Positions 1-9,724 are shown, numbered from the stretch's first letter. The stretch: DNA of 64,000 nt from Candidatus Buchananbacteria bacterium (GCA_041666945.1 JBAYFY010000002.1:129076-193075); one strand, 5' to 3'. Translations and numbers: made by a program. Notes: generated by a model from the sequence alone, not told the origin.

Positions 1-1
1 C

Positions 2-583
2 GCCTCCCCTATTCAAAGCGCCATACTTAACGGCGAAAAGGAAACCGGCGTGACCGTTATGTTAATGGATGAAAAAATGGATCACGGGCCGATTTTGGCG
101 CAAGAGAAAGTCGCTTTGACTGGCGAGGAAACCAACGAGTCCTTGCATTTTCAGTTGGCCGGATTCGGCGTGCCGTTGCTGATCAAAACGATCAAGGATT
201 TCGCTGAAGGAAAAATTAAACCGCAAGAGCAAAATCATGAAGCGGCCACGTTCTGCGCAATAATTGATAAGGCCCAGGCGCGAATAGATTGGCGAAATCC
301 GGCGGAAGAAATAAAAAGAAAAGTCCATGCTTTCTATCCTTGGCCCGCGGCCTGGACGACTTTGGACGGCTTGCGGCTTAAAGTTTTACCACCAGCTACC
401 GCGATTGCCGATGATACAGGTAGTTATGAGTTGGGGCAGATTAAGCTTAATGGCAACTTGGCTGTTTGTTGCGGCGAGGGTTGGCTGGAATTAAAGCAAC
501 TGCAACTGGAAGGCAAAAAAGTCATGTCGGCCGAAGATTTTATCAGGGGCTACAAGGATTTGGACGGCAAAATATTAAAATAA
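2..583 (+). CDS. fmt: Methionyl-tRNA formyltransferase, C-terminal part (gene starts upstream of window)
   Basis: Open frame from position 2; translation ...ILNGEKETGVTVMLMDEKMDHGPILAQEKV... and C-terminal Fmt-like domain (FYPWPAAWT, LKVL). Confidence 0.8.
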   Translation, partial: ASPIQSAILNGEKETGVTVMLMDEKMDHGPILAQEKVALTGEETNESLHFQLAGFGVPLLIKTIKDFAEGKIKPQEQNHEAATFCAIIDKAQARIDWRNPAEEIKRKVHAFYPWPAAWTTLDGLRLKVLPPATAIADDTGSYELGQIKLNGNLAVCCGEGWLELKQLQLEGKKVMSAEDFIRGYKDLDGKILK

Positions 584-614
584 TTGAAAATTTTATATAT
601 TTTAAAAAACGGCT

Positions 615-1922
615 CTAGCGAGTCGTTTTTTTAATTTCATTTTTTTTGTAAGTCGCGATAAACACCAGAACAATCAGCGCCAGATCCATAAACAACTCTT
701 CCCGCTGGAAGTAGTTGGTATAAATAGACATAATGCAGACGAAGGAAAAATAAGCAAAGAGCGCGATGCTAAGCAGATTGGGCCGCTTGACCGCGAAGGT
801 ATAAACCGCGCCCAAAAGCAAACCCCAGAAAACTCCGGCCAGCGCTATCCCCCACCAGCCGAAATCCAAATAGTAAGGAAACAAGAACGTCGCGGTAATC
901 CACCAGGGCACGAAGATCGCGTTCCAATCAACGGGCGCGGAAAATTGCGGGAGGTGAAAAAGTTTCAGAGCGGAATTAAAAACCGACAACTCGGCTGCGC
1001 CGTAGTAGCGCGTGTGGGCATAAAACTCCATTCCCCTGTCCAGCGCCTGCAGATTGAAAACCGGCACCAGATAAATCGGCGTTAAAAATTGCAAAGCGGG
1101 CGGCAGGTTGACTTGGGAAATAGTAGTGATATAGGAAAAGGGATTGTATTCGCCTTGGTAATTGTAATCGCGATAAGTGATGAATTGGCGGAAAGCCGGA
1201 ATGGCTACTGATACGGACAGAATAACCGCGCCGGCAATCAAGGTGCCAATCAGCAGTTTTTTCAATTTAATGGTTTCGCGATTAATCATCAGATAGCCGA
1301 AATAGCACAACAAGACGGTAATAACAATAATCAGGCGCGAAGCGTACATGCATAATATTGCCAAGCCGACGGCGATAACAAACCAATAGAAAAGCTTCAG
1401 CCATTTGGACATGGTTTTCCGATCCAAAATCAACTCCAGAAAAGCCAAAGGAATGAACAGGCGCGGCAGAAGCGACAGCCACTCAAAGACGCCAAAGATT
1501 TCCTTATTGATGATAAAGCGCATCTTGTCCGGAATGGAAGACAGGATGGGCAGAGTGCCGAAACGGCTGAAAATGTAGATATTAGCAATAACGCTGGCCA
1601 AGGCCATCAGCCCGATGGCGATAAGTATGAGGCGGCTATCGGCGCGCAACAGCTTATCGGTTTTGGGCAGCTTGTTATCCGTCAATCGGCGGGCGCAATA
1701 ATAAACCGCGGCGAAGACGGCGAAAAATAACGTTACCGCCAGCCACAAACGCCAGTTCAAGGGGCGCTCCAAAGGGCTCAAATACAACTGGCTGACGGCT
1801 AAAGCGGCCGACCAAAGCGACACCATAAGCCAGGCCGGAGAGAATTTTTCCCGGCCGAAAAAATACAGCCCCGCGGCTGATAGCGAAGCAAGAAAGAATA
1901 TGATAAGTAATAATAAGTTCAT
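615..1922 (-). CDS. Polytopic membrane protein, O-antigen ligase/polymerase (Wzy)-like
   Basis: 435 aa, ~10-12 predicted TM helices, aromatic-rich loops; adjacent to GT2 gene. Confidence 0.35.
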   Translation of the reverse strand: MNLLLLIIFFLASLSAAGLYFFGREKFSPAWLMVSLWSAALAVSQLYLSPLERPLNWRLWLAVTLFFAVFAAVYYCARRLTDNKLPKTDKLLRADSRLILIAIGLMALASVIANIYIFSRFGTLPILSSIPDKMRFIINKEIFGVFEWLSLLPRLFIPLAFLELILDRKTMSKWLKLFYWFVIAVGLAILCMYASRLIIVITVLLCYFGYLMINRETIKLKKLLIGTLIAGAVILSVSVAIPAFRQFITYRDYNYQGEYNPFSYITTISQVNLPPALQFLTPIYLVPVFNLQALDRGMEFYAHTRYYGAAELSVFNSALKLFHLPQFSAPVDWNAIFVPWWITATFLFPYYLDFGWWGIALAGVFWGLLLGAVYTFAVKRPNLLSIALFAYFSFVCIMSIYTNYFQREELFMDLALIVLVFIATYKKNEIKKTTR

Positions 1923-1950
1923 AAAATCAATGACGGCGCATGTTTGTTCA

Positions 1951-2760
1951 TTATTTCAAAAAATACAATACGGCGCTTTTAAAGAAGCGCCACTGGTTGG
2001 TTATGACTTTTTGCTGACCGAAGCTTTTGCCGCCGTAGTGGATTATTTTTGCCGCCGGCGTGTAAATTATTTTGTAGCCGGCCTGCCGCGCGCGCCGGCA
2101 GAAATCAACCTCCTCAAACCAGACGAAGAATCTCTCGTCCAATAAACCGATTTTATCCAAAACCAAGCGCGGGATCAGCATAAAAGCGCCCATCACCTGC
2201 TCCGCTTCCTGTTCTTTGGCGTAGTTAAAATCCTCGGCTAAATAATAGTCGATTGATTTTAGATGCGGGAAAAATTTAGGCAATTTTAAAAGCATCAGAA
2301 TAATCGGCCAGAGCGTGGGCAGGCGTCTGACCGAGGGTTGCGGCCGGCCGTCGGGATAAAACATCTGCACGCCCAGGACGCCGCAATCGCCGTAACGCTT
2401 GAGAACCTCCAAAGATTTGCTTAAGGTGTCAGAAAATATTTCCGTATCCGGGTTAAGCAACAGCACCTGCTCCCCCGTCGCTTGTTTGATGGCCAGATTG
2501 TTGGCTTTAGCAAAGCCGAGATTCTTGTTGCTGGCGATTAATCGCGCTTGGGGAAATTTTTCTTTGATTGTTTCCGCTGTCCCATCGCCGGAGGCATTAT
2601 CCACAATTATGATTTCTAACGTTAAATCACCTTGATTTTTATAAATAGAATCAAGGCATTTAACCAATAAGTCCTTAACTTTATAGGACACGATAATGAT
2701 GGATAGTTGCGGTTGCATAACTGACATAATTATAACACACTCGGACATAAGAGCGAACAA
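1951..2760 (-). CDS. Family 2 glycosyltransferase
   Basis: N-terminal LSIIIVSYKVKDLL...IIVDNASGDGT and DxD-type GT2 fold motifs. Confidence 0.75.
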   Translation of the reverse strand: MFALMSECVIIMSVMQPQLSIIIVSYKVKDLLVKCLDSIYKNQGDLTLEIIIVDNASGDGTAETIKEKFPQARLIASNKNLGFAKANNLAIKQATGEQVLLLNPDTEIFSDTLSKSLEVLKRYGDCGVLGVQMFYPDGRPQPSVRRLPTLWPIILMLLKLPKFFPHLKSIDYYLAEDFNYAKEQEAEQVMGAFMLIPRLVLDKIGLLDERFFVWFEEVDFCRRARQAGYKIIYTPAAKIIHYGGKSFGQQKVITNQWRFFKSAVLYFLK

Positions 2761-2798
2761 AACGCCGCCCTCTTTGCGGAGAGCGGCATCGGGAAAAT

Positions 2799-3104
2799 TT
2801 AGATTTTTTCAATTCTGATTTCAGTGAAGCATTGGCGATGGCCGAATTTTTTGCGGTATCTGGTTTTTCTTTTGTATTTGATGCCGGTAACCTTGTCGGC
2901 GCGGCCTTGACCCAGGATTTTAGCCATAACTTTAGCGGCTAAGGTCGGTTCTCCCACCTCAACTTTTTCACCGTCGGCGACAAGCAGAGTTTCCAGCTCA
3001 ATTTTGGAACCGTCGGCTTCAGCCAACTTTTCCACTTTAATTTTATCGTTTTCTTTAACCAGGTATTGTTTCCCACCGGTCTTGATAACAGCAATTTTTG
3101 CCAT
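2799..3104 (-). CDS. rplU: 50S ribosomal protein L21
   Basis: MAKIAVIKTGGKQYLVKEND... typical bL21. Confidence 0.9.
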   Translation of the reverse strand: MAKIAVIKTGGKQYLVKENDKIKVEKLAEADGSKIELETLLVADGEKVEVGEPTLAAKVMAKILGQGRADKVTGIKYKRKTRYRKKFGHRQCFTEIRIEKI

Positions 3105-3179
3105 ATTTGTTTGTTTTGATATTTACTTAACTATTTTAGTCCAATTATCGTCTTTTGTCAAGGCGGTTGGCGGAAAGAT

Positions 3180-3223
3180 AAAAAAAGAGCGTTTTTTGTC
3201 CGAAGTTGGGGCAAAAAACGCTC
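3180..3223 (-). terminator. Intrinsic terminator after radical SAM gene
   Basis: Hairpin GAGCGTTTTTTG...ACAAAAAACGCTC followed by T7 on the minus strand. Confidence 0.5.
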
Positions 3224-3231
3224 AAAAGGAG

Positions 3232-4425
3232 CTAGCGAACTATTGATAATTTAACATCCGAACGGACTGTCTGACGGTAGCCCACGCCGTAGCGGCCTCG
3301 CAAATACCCATCCAGAATACCGCAACACTTTTGGTAGTGTGTTTCCCATTCTTTTATTTTTTGGGCGCTGAATTTTTCCGGATCCTTACCTTCCCGCAAG
3401 GCCTTGGCCTTAAGCCGGGCAAGAGTCGGGCCGTAGGGCTTTAGGGGGCCGATATGGACGCGCAAAGCGAAGTTTTCAATATTTCTTTCAATCATATTCA
3501 GCCATTTTACAAGCGTGTCCGGGTTGGGATTATACATTTGCGGGAAAATATCCAATCCCGCTTCCACCAGCGTGCGCAGGCAGAAAACCTGATCGGAAAT
3601 GGTGGCGTTAGCTTGAACGTTATCCCGCAGATTGGCGTTGTCTGTGCCTTTAATGGCCGCCAAAACCTTAACCGGAAAAACTGCCAGATGGCGGTAATAA
3701 TCAATCGGCCACAAGTGAGGGGTGGAGAGATTGGTGTCCACTTGCCCGACAATATCTTCTCCCCGTTCTTCAATCCGACGCCAGAGTTTAATGATCCAAT
3801 CCAGCGCTATGGTCGGTTCGCCGCCGGAAACGCGCAGGACTTTGATGTTCAAATCAACTCCGGTTTGTTTTTTGTAAATCTCTCGCACTTTATCCCGAGC
3901 CATTAAGAAGCTGTCAATAACGTCATCAACATCAACCAGCCATTTTTTTCCGGTTTCCCTTTGGCCGTCATTGAGTTCATTATCCACAAAACAATAAAGG
4001 CAGCCGCCGTCGCAGGCGCCGGAATGGAAATTGCAACCGGCCACCTGCAGGATAAACGGCGCATTATAATCTAAGGCACGAGACAATTCATAACCCGCAA
4101 TATGCTTGAACCACAAAGCGAAATCAAATTCCTGCTGCTTAAGGCATTCCTCAATTTCTCCCGGTGACAATCTGCTGGTATCAACAAATTTTTTGCCGTA
4201 AGCCCCAGCCGCTAAGGGGTCAACCTCTTTGGCGTTGAATTTAAAACGAAAAAGCTTTCGCCCGTCTTGGTTAGGCATTAATTCTATAACCTTACTGGTA
4301 TCCTTGCCTTGCAAGGTAGTGGAAAAATCAGCTACTAACAGTCGTCCGCCAGGCGTGACAATGGTTTGATGTAAGGCCTGCGCGCGTTCCAAGGGACTTG
4401 AGACATACGGTTGATCATTATTCAT
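3232..4425 (-). CDS. Radical SAM domain protein with ~130-aa unknown N-terminal domain
   Basis: AGCNFHSGACDGGCLYCF contains CxxxCxxC; GGE-like SGGEPT motif downstream; overlaps the upstream gene by 8 nt. Confidence 0.7.
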   Translation of the reverse strand: MNNDQPYVSSPLERAQALHQTIVTPGGRLLVADFSTTLQGKDTSKVIELMPNQDGRKLFRFKFNAKEVDPLAAGAYGKKFVDTSRLSPGEIEECLKQQEFDFALWFKHIAGYELSRALDYNAPFILQVAGCNFHSGACDGGCLYCFVDNELNDGQRETGKKWLVDVDDVIDSFLMARDKVREIYKKQTGVDLNIKVLRVSGGEPTIALDWIIKLWRRIEERGEDIVGQVDTNLSTPHLWPIDYYRHLAVFPVKVLAAIKGTDNANLRDNVQANATISDQVFCLRTLVEAGLDIFPQMYNPNPDTLVKWLNMIERNIENFALRVHIGPLKPYGPTLARLKAKALREGKDPEKFSAQKIKEWETHYQKCCGILDGYLRGRYGVGYRQTVRSDVKLSIVR

Positions 4426-4891
4426 AATCAGTTTCCCCCTCCTTTAAGAGTTTTATGAATTCTTGGGATAAATTCCGCAATCTTCTTCTGTCGTTTGCCG
4501 TTAGTGCTTTTAAAATTATTTCTCCCTGAAAATGCAGTTTTTTTAATAAAATGTAGCTTGAGCGGTTGGCGATGTTTATCTCGGTTATTAATTCGCTCAT
4601 TTCCATGCTCCACAAAGAAGTAAAAACCGAATTATCGTACCAATCTCCGTTTTGTCCGCGATAATAATGGTAGAATCGGCAATTCTTAAAGAAAACAGCA
4701 AAGCGTTTTTGCTCGCTTAATTTTTTCAGAATATTGCATATCCTGCCTATGCGGCTGTCAATTATCATCTGGCAACCGGTTGAACGACTGATTAGCTTTG
4801 GTCCGGAAAGATGGAAAATGGCGATGAGTAAATCCAATATGTCAAATTTTTCAGCCGGTGTTTTATTGCGCAGTTTTGTTGGCATATGCAT
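4418..4891 (-). CDS. Hypothetical protein with C-terminal winged-helix/HTH-like segment (probable start at MPTKLRNK)
   Basis: C-terminal SELITEINIANRSSYILLKKLHFQGEI resembles ArsR/MarR-type HTH; GAGGAGG RBS; own TTGACA-17-TAAGAT promoter upstream. Confidence 0.35.
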   Translation of the reverse strand: MHMPTKLRNKTPAEKFDILDLLIAIFHLSGPKLISRSTGCQMIIDSRIGRICNILKKLSEQKRFAVFFKNCRFYHYYRGQNGDWYDNSVFTSLWSMEMSELITEINIANRSSYILLKKLHFQGEIILKALTANDRRRLRNLSQEFIKLLKEGETDYE

Positions 4892-4969
4892 TACCTCCTC
4901 TGATTATCGTTGGTTTGTTAAGTTTTAATGTTCAATTGAATTATCTTACTATATTGGGGAGAAATGTCA

Positions 4970-5006
4970 AATAAAAACATCCCCGCGAACAGATCCGCGA
5001 GGATGT
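4970..5006 (-). terminator. Intrinsic terminator of secF (hairpin also followed by T-rich tract on + strand)
   Basis: CATCCCCGCG...CGCGAGGATG 10-bp stem flanked by A/T runs. Confidence 0.55.
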
Positions 5007-5031
5007 TATTTTGAGAATATTATTTTCCAAA

Positions 5032-5937
5032 TTATTTTTTTAATTTTTTATCCCAGATGTTCCAGTCCACGATAAGACAGGAAGCAACGAAAATTGAGGA
5101 ATAAGTGCCGACAAAAATACCGACCAAAAGAGCCAAAGTGAAGTTTTTGGTGCTGACTCCGCCAAATAAGTATAAACAGAGCAGAACCAGCAAAACAGTC
5201 AAAGAAGTATTAATGGAACGCACTAAAGTTTGGTTGACTGAATCGTTAACCACCTCGTCAAATTTGCCGGTATAAAATTTACCTAAATTTTCCCTGGTGC
5301 GGTCAAATACAACAATAGTGTCATGCACCGAGAAACCCATAATGGTTAGAAGCGCGGTAATAAACAAACCGTCAACTTCTATGCCGGCAAAATGACCCAG
5401 GATGGCAAATAAACCGATAACGATGACGATGTCGTGAATTAAGGCCAAAATGGCGGAAACCCCGTATTTCCAAGAAGCTACCGGTTTGGAGACCTTGCGG
5501 AAAGCAAAGGCGATGTAAAGAATAATGCCTAAAGAGGCCACGCCAATGGCCATCCAGGCCTTCTTTTGCAGTTCTTGGCCGATCACTGGGCCGATGGATT
5601 CAAATCTTAACTCCCTGGCTTGGCCGGGAAAATTATTTTCAATGGCTTGCAAAATCTGCTGGTGCTGTTCTTCGTTGACGTTTTGGAATTTTAAAATGAT
5701 GTTTTTATCGCCCGATGGCTGGACAATCACTTCGCCTAAGCTAAGCGATTCAGTCGCTTTCTGAATTTCCGCGGTTTGCGGCCGATTTTCCGTAAAGGTC
5801 AGTTCCAAAAGCGATCCGCCGGTGAAATCCAGGCCCGGTTTAAGACCCCAGGCGATAATCGCCAGAACGGACACGACAAATAACAAACCGGAAACCAGAT
5901 AATAATATTTGCGATTCTTAATGATTTGTAGTTTCAT
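5032..5937 (-). CDS. secF: Protein translocase subunit SecF
   Basis: MKLQIIKNRKYYYLVSGLLFVVSVLAIIAWGLKPGLDFTGGS... SecF signature. Confidence 0.9.
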   Translation of the reverse strand: MKLQIIKNRKYYYLVSGLLFVVSVLAIIAWGLKPGLDFTGGSLLELTFTENRPQTAEIQKATESLSLGEVIVQPSGDKNIILKFQNVNEEQHQQILQAIENNFPGQARELRFESIGPVIGQELQKKAWMAIGVASLGIILYIAFAFRKVSKPVASWKYGVSAILALIHDIVIVIGLFAILGHFAGIEVDGLFITALLTIMGFSVHDTIVVFDRTRENLGKFYTGKFDEVVNDSVNQTLVRSINTSLTVLLVLLCLYLFGGVSTKNFTLALLVGIFVGTYSSIFVASCLIVDWNIWDKKLKK

Positions 5938-5962
5938 AATATTCTTTAATGAGAATCGTTGG

Positions 5963-7789
5963 TTAAATTTTTTTCTTAACGCCGTATAGCCATTTATTCT
6001 GCGCCCACTTCCATTTGGCGACTAAAAGCAGCAACTGGCGGCTGATGATAATGGCTGAAAACATGGAAACGGCAATGCCCAAAGCCAAAGTAAAGGCAAA
6101 GCCGCGAATAATGCTGGAGCCGAACCAAAACAAGACGGCGCAAGTGATTAAAGAAGAAAAATTGGAATCGCGAATTGAAGTCCAGGCGCGGCCGAAGCCG
6201 TCATCAATCGCTCTCATCAGGTCTTTGCCGGCGCGCAACTCTTCTTTCAGACGTTCAAAGATCAGGATATTGGCGTCTACGGCCATGCCAATGGACAGGA
6301 TGAAACCGGTAATGCCGGCTAAAGTCATGGTTACATGGATGACTTTAAATAAAGCCAAAGAGATGACGGTATAAATCAGCAAGGCGATTACCGACAATAA
6401 ACCGGGCAAGCGATAAAAGCAAATCATAAACAAAGCCACGGCCAGCAAGCCGAGAAAGCCGGCAAATAAACTTTTTTGTACCGCTTCCTGGCCTAAAGTG
6501 GCGCCTACGGTGGTTTGAGAGACCAATTTAACCGGTACAGGCAAAGCGCCAGCGTTTAAGCGTTGAGCCAGTTTTTTGGCTTCATCCTGGGTAAAATTGC
6601 CTTGAATTACGGCTTGGCCGCCCAAAATCGCCTCATTGACCTTGGGGATGGAGATAGCTACGCCGTCCAAGAAAATAGCAACCGGCTTGCCGACATTTCT
6701 GGTAGTGATATCGGCAAACAATTGCGCTCCCTCATTATCAAATTCCAAAGACACTTGCGGCACTAAAGCGGTTTGGTCGTATTCCACGGAGGCCTTCTTT
6801 AAGTTTTTGCCTGAAAGCTTGGTATTGATCCATTCCGGTTCTTGGGCGATACCCAAATCAGCCGAGGTTTTGGTTTTAAATAGAATATGCCGGACATTAA
6901 CCGTACGGCTGTCTCCGGTCCCCTGCTCACCTTCCAATTTAATGATATGATAGCCGAAAGTGGTTTTGACCAAATCGGAATAAACTTCGCCAACTTTTAG
7001 TTTATTGAAAGCGACATCGTCAAACTCCGTGACAAATTGCCCCTTGGCAACGCCTTCGTACAGTCCACCATTGTCCTTACTGCCGGGATCTTCGCTGTAT
7101 TGCTTGGCTAAAGCGATAAAATCGCCGCTGTTTTTGATTTGTTGCAAGATATCTACAGCTTGCTTGCGTACCGCCAAATTCATGTCGTCCAGCTGTTTTT
7201 GCTGTTCCAAGGTTAATTGTTGGGCTTGAGGATTTTCTTCTTTGAATTCCAAAAGAGGCGTTTCCCCGATCATTTTGATGGCGGAATTAATGTCGTAAAC
7301 GCCGGCTAATTCCACGCTGATGCGCGGTTTGTCGCCGGATAGAGAGGTTTGGACGATGGGCTCGGAAACGCCCAAAGCATTGACGCGTCGTTCAATGACA
7401 TCTTTGGCTCCGGCCAACGCGTCATTTTTGCCGGCTAAGGAAATCTGCGACAGGTCGGCGTCATAGGTTAATTGAGCTCCGCCCAGCAAATCCAAGCCCA
7501 AACGGAAAGGCAGGCCGTAAGATGACAGTTCAATTTGTTTAATATTGCGCCAAACTAACCGGCTGCTGTTATCGGAAATGTTTTTTTCCAATTTAGGGAA
7601 AATATTGAGATTAGAAACGACAGGAATGGCGGATAGGCCGGTATCCAAGGCGTTAGCTATCGGATTTTTGAAACCGATAATGTCAATGTAAGCGGTAATC
7701 AAAAATAAGACGGCAATACCAAAAAGCACCCAGCGAAGTCGGCCCCTTTGGCCGGGTTTTAGCATTTTTTCTAAGAAATTTTGCGGCAT
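5963..7789 (-). CDS. secD: Protein translocase subunit SecD with inserted parvulin-like PPIase module
   Basis: SecD TM/periplasmic architecture; internal segment ILQQIKNSGDFIALAKQYSEDPGSKDNGGLYEG...FGYHIIKLEGE aligns to PpiC. Confidence 0.85.
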   Translation of the reverse strand: MPQNFLEKMLKPGQRGRLRWVLFGIAVLFLITAYIDIIGFKNPIANALDTGLSAIPVVSNLNIFPKLEKNISDNSSRLVWRNIKQIELSSYGLPFRLGLDLLGGAQLTYDADLSQISLAGKNDALAGAKDVIERRVNALGVSEPIVQTSLSGDKPRISVELAGVYDINSAIKMIGETPLLEFKEENPQAQQLTLEQQKQLDDMNLAVRKQAVDILQQIKNSGDFIALAKQYSEDPGSKDNGGLYEGVAKGQFVTEFDDVAFNKLKVGEVYSDLVKTTFGYHIIKLEGEQGTGDSRTVNVRHILFKTKTSADLGIAQEPEWINTKLSGKNLKKASVEYDQTALVPQVSLEFDNEGAQLFADITTRNVGKPVAIFLDGVAISIPKVNEAILGGQAVIQGNFTQDEAKKLAQRLNAGALPVPVKLVSQTTVGATLGQEAVQKSLFAGFLGLLAVALFMICFYRLPGLLSVIALLIYTVISLALFKVIHVTMTLAGITGFILSIGMAVDANILIFERLKEELRAGKDLMRAIDDGFGRAWTSIRDSNFSSLITCAVLFWFGSSIIRGFAFTLALGIAVSMFSAIIISRQLLLLVAKWKWAQNKWLYGVKKKI

Positions 7790-7961
7790 GTGTTTCTGTG
7801 GATAAGAGTTAAATAACTGGAATTATTTTAACAAAAATAATTGAAAAGGGCAAGAATTACGCTATTTGTGCCGATTAGACCCAATTTTGAGCACTTAACA
7901 TTTTCAAAAAAAAGGTGTAAACTTAAATCATTGCTATTTTTAAGATAAAATTTTTAAAAGT

Positions 7962-9332
7962 ATGTCTAACTCTTATTCTACGGTTTGGAGCCGGTGCCGT
8001 TTGGCCACAAAAAGAGCCGCTATGCGTCTGGCCATTAAAATCGTCTCCCATTTGCCTGATCAAGGCCTGGTGGCGTTATCTTATGTGGCGGAAAAACTGA
8101 CTTACGGCAAGCCGGCCAAAACGGTCATTAAGCAATTCCGGGAATTAATTAAGATTAACCACCCCAGCATTGGCCTGGTGAGGAGGATTTTAAATGACAC
8201 CCAACCGCAAATTCGGAAAAAACTGGTGGATAACTTGATCATCAATGGTTTTCTATTGAATCAAGAAAAAAAATTGGCGGCCACGGCTGTTGGCGAAGCC
8301 GTGCCCACCACTATTTTGATCAGCCCGACCATGCGTTGCAATCTTAACTGCGTCGGTTGTTATGCCGGTAATTACAATAAGGCCGATGACCTGACATTTT
8401 TCGTTTTTGACCGGATTATTCGGGAAGCCAAGGATATGGGCGTATCTTTTTTCACCCTTTTGGGCGGTGAACCGCTGTTTTACCCTCATTTGTTTGATAT
8501 CTTAGAAAAACATCAGGACGTTTTTTTTCAGTGTTATACTAATGGCACATTGATTGACGGGGCTATGGCCGATAAAATTTCCGCTGTCGGCAACGTCTTG
8601 CCGATTTTGAGCATTGAAGGCCACGAAAAAGAAACTGATGAACGGCGCGGCGCTGGCGTTCATGAAAAAGTGCTGAAAGCCATGGATATCCTCAAGAGCC
8701 GGAAAATTCCTTTTGGTTTTTCCGTTGCCGTTACCAATAAAAACGCCGAACTGATTTCCAGCGATGAATTTATTGACGACATGATCAAACGCGGCGCTTA
8801 CCTGGGTTGGTTTTTCCTCTATATGCCCGTGGGCAAGGGCCCGGATTTAAGTTTGATGCCGACTCCGGCCCAAAGACGGATGCTGGTGGATCGCGTTGCT
8901 CATATCCGCGAGACCAAGCCATTGTTTATTGTTGATTTTTGGAACGACGCGCCGTTTGTCGGCGGCTGCATTGCCGGCAAGGAATACGTGCACATCACCT
9001 CCAAAGGCGATGTGGAGCCGTGCATCTTTACTCATTTCGCTGTGGACAATATAAAGGATAAGTCGCTCAAAGAAGTGATGAACTCGGATTTTTTCCGCGA
9101 TTTGCGCCGCCGCCAGCCCTATAATGAAAATTTGTATATGCCTTGCATGTGGATTGATAATCCCGAGGTCAGCCGCGAGGTCATCGCCCAGTTTCATGCC
9201 TACCCCACTCACGAGGGCGCTGATGATGTGTTGGTTAAAGAGGAGTTGAAAGCCGGCGTTGACGCTTATGCAGCCAAGATCAAAGAGATTTACGATCCGC
9301 TCTGGGAGAAGATGAGCCAGCCGAAAAAATAA
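7962..9332 (+). CDS. Radical SAM protein with C-terminal Cys-rich (SPASM/twitch-like) domain and ~100-aa unknown N-terminal extension
   Basis: MRCNLNCVGCYAGNY (CxxxCxxC), LLGGEPLF, C-terminal GGCIAGKEY...EPCIFTH...MPCMWID cysteines. Confidence 0.7.
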   Translation: MSNSYSTVWSRCRLATKRAAMRLAIKIVSHLPDQGLVALSYVAEKLTYGKPAKTVIKQFRELIKINHPSIGLVRRILNDTQPQIRKKLVDNLIINGFLLNQEKKLAATAVGEAVPTTILISPTMRCNLNCVGCYAGNYNKADDLTFFVFDRIIREAKDMGVSFFTLLGGEPLFYPHLFDILEKHQDVFFQCYTNGTLIDGAMADKISAVGNVLPILSIEGHEKETDERRGAGVHEKVLKAMDILKSRKIPFGFSVAVTNKNAELISSDEFIDDMIKRGAYLGWFFLYMPVGKGPDLSLMPTPAQRRMLVDRVAHIRETKPLFIVDFWNDAPFVGGCIAGKEYVHITSKGDVEPCIFTHFAVDNIKDKSLKEVMNSDFFRDLRRRQPYNENLYMPCMWIDNPEVSREVIAQFHAYPTHEGADDVLVKEELKAGVDAYAAKIKEIYDPLWEKMSQPKK

Positions 9333-9344
9333 TTAAAAGCAAAA

Positions 9345-9370
9345 CCTCGGAATCAGCTTCCGAGGTTTTT
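9345..9370 (+). terminator. Bidirectional intrinsic terminator
   Basis: AAAACCTCGGAAtcagcTTCCGAGGTTTTT. Confidence 0.6.
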
Positions 9371-9406
9371 GAATGTTCTTTTTTACTACTAACTACTAGT
9401 ACCGAC

Positions 9407-9724
9407 TTAGTACCAGTTATATTTTTCGATTAGTCGGTACTTCCAAGATTCTTCGAATTTTGATAATTTGGTGGATTCGCCATCGCAGTATTCCATGGTT
9501 TGGAGTTTTTCATACTGTCGTTCTAATATATAAACAGCAACTCCTATTAGGAATATCATAAATAACGCCGGCTCCCAAAATAAAGTGATGATGTCGGCGC
9601 TTTTCTTGCTAATCTTTTCCCCTACTTCGCTTACTTCGAGTAACGCCGAAGTTAAAACCATTCCCTCAAAGTGAACGATAATAATAATACCAATAATTAT
9701 CCCGACAATCAGAGTGTACAACAT
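9407..9724 (-). CDS. Small membrane protein, hypothetical
   Basis: 105 aa, two hydrophobic helices. Confidence 0.3.
   Translation of the reverse strand: MLYTLIVGIIIGIIIIVHFEGMVLTSALLEVSEVGEKISKKSADIITLFWEPALFMIFLIGVAVYILERQYEKLQTMEYCDGESTKLSKFEESWKYRLIEKYNWY

Noticed and set aside
9378-9410. TACTA-rich stretch (ctactaactactagtaccgacttagtacc) as a repeat element
   Set aside because: Short, single locus, overlaps the 3' end of a small ORF. Likely chance low-complexity.
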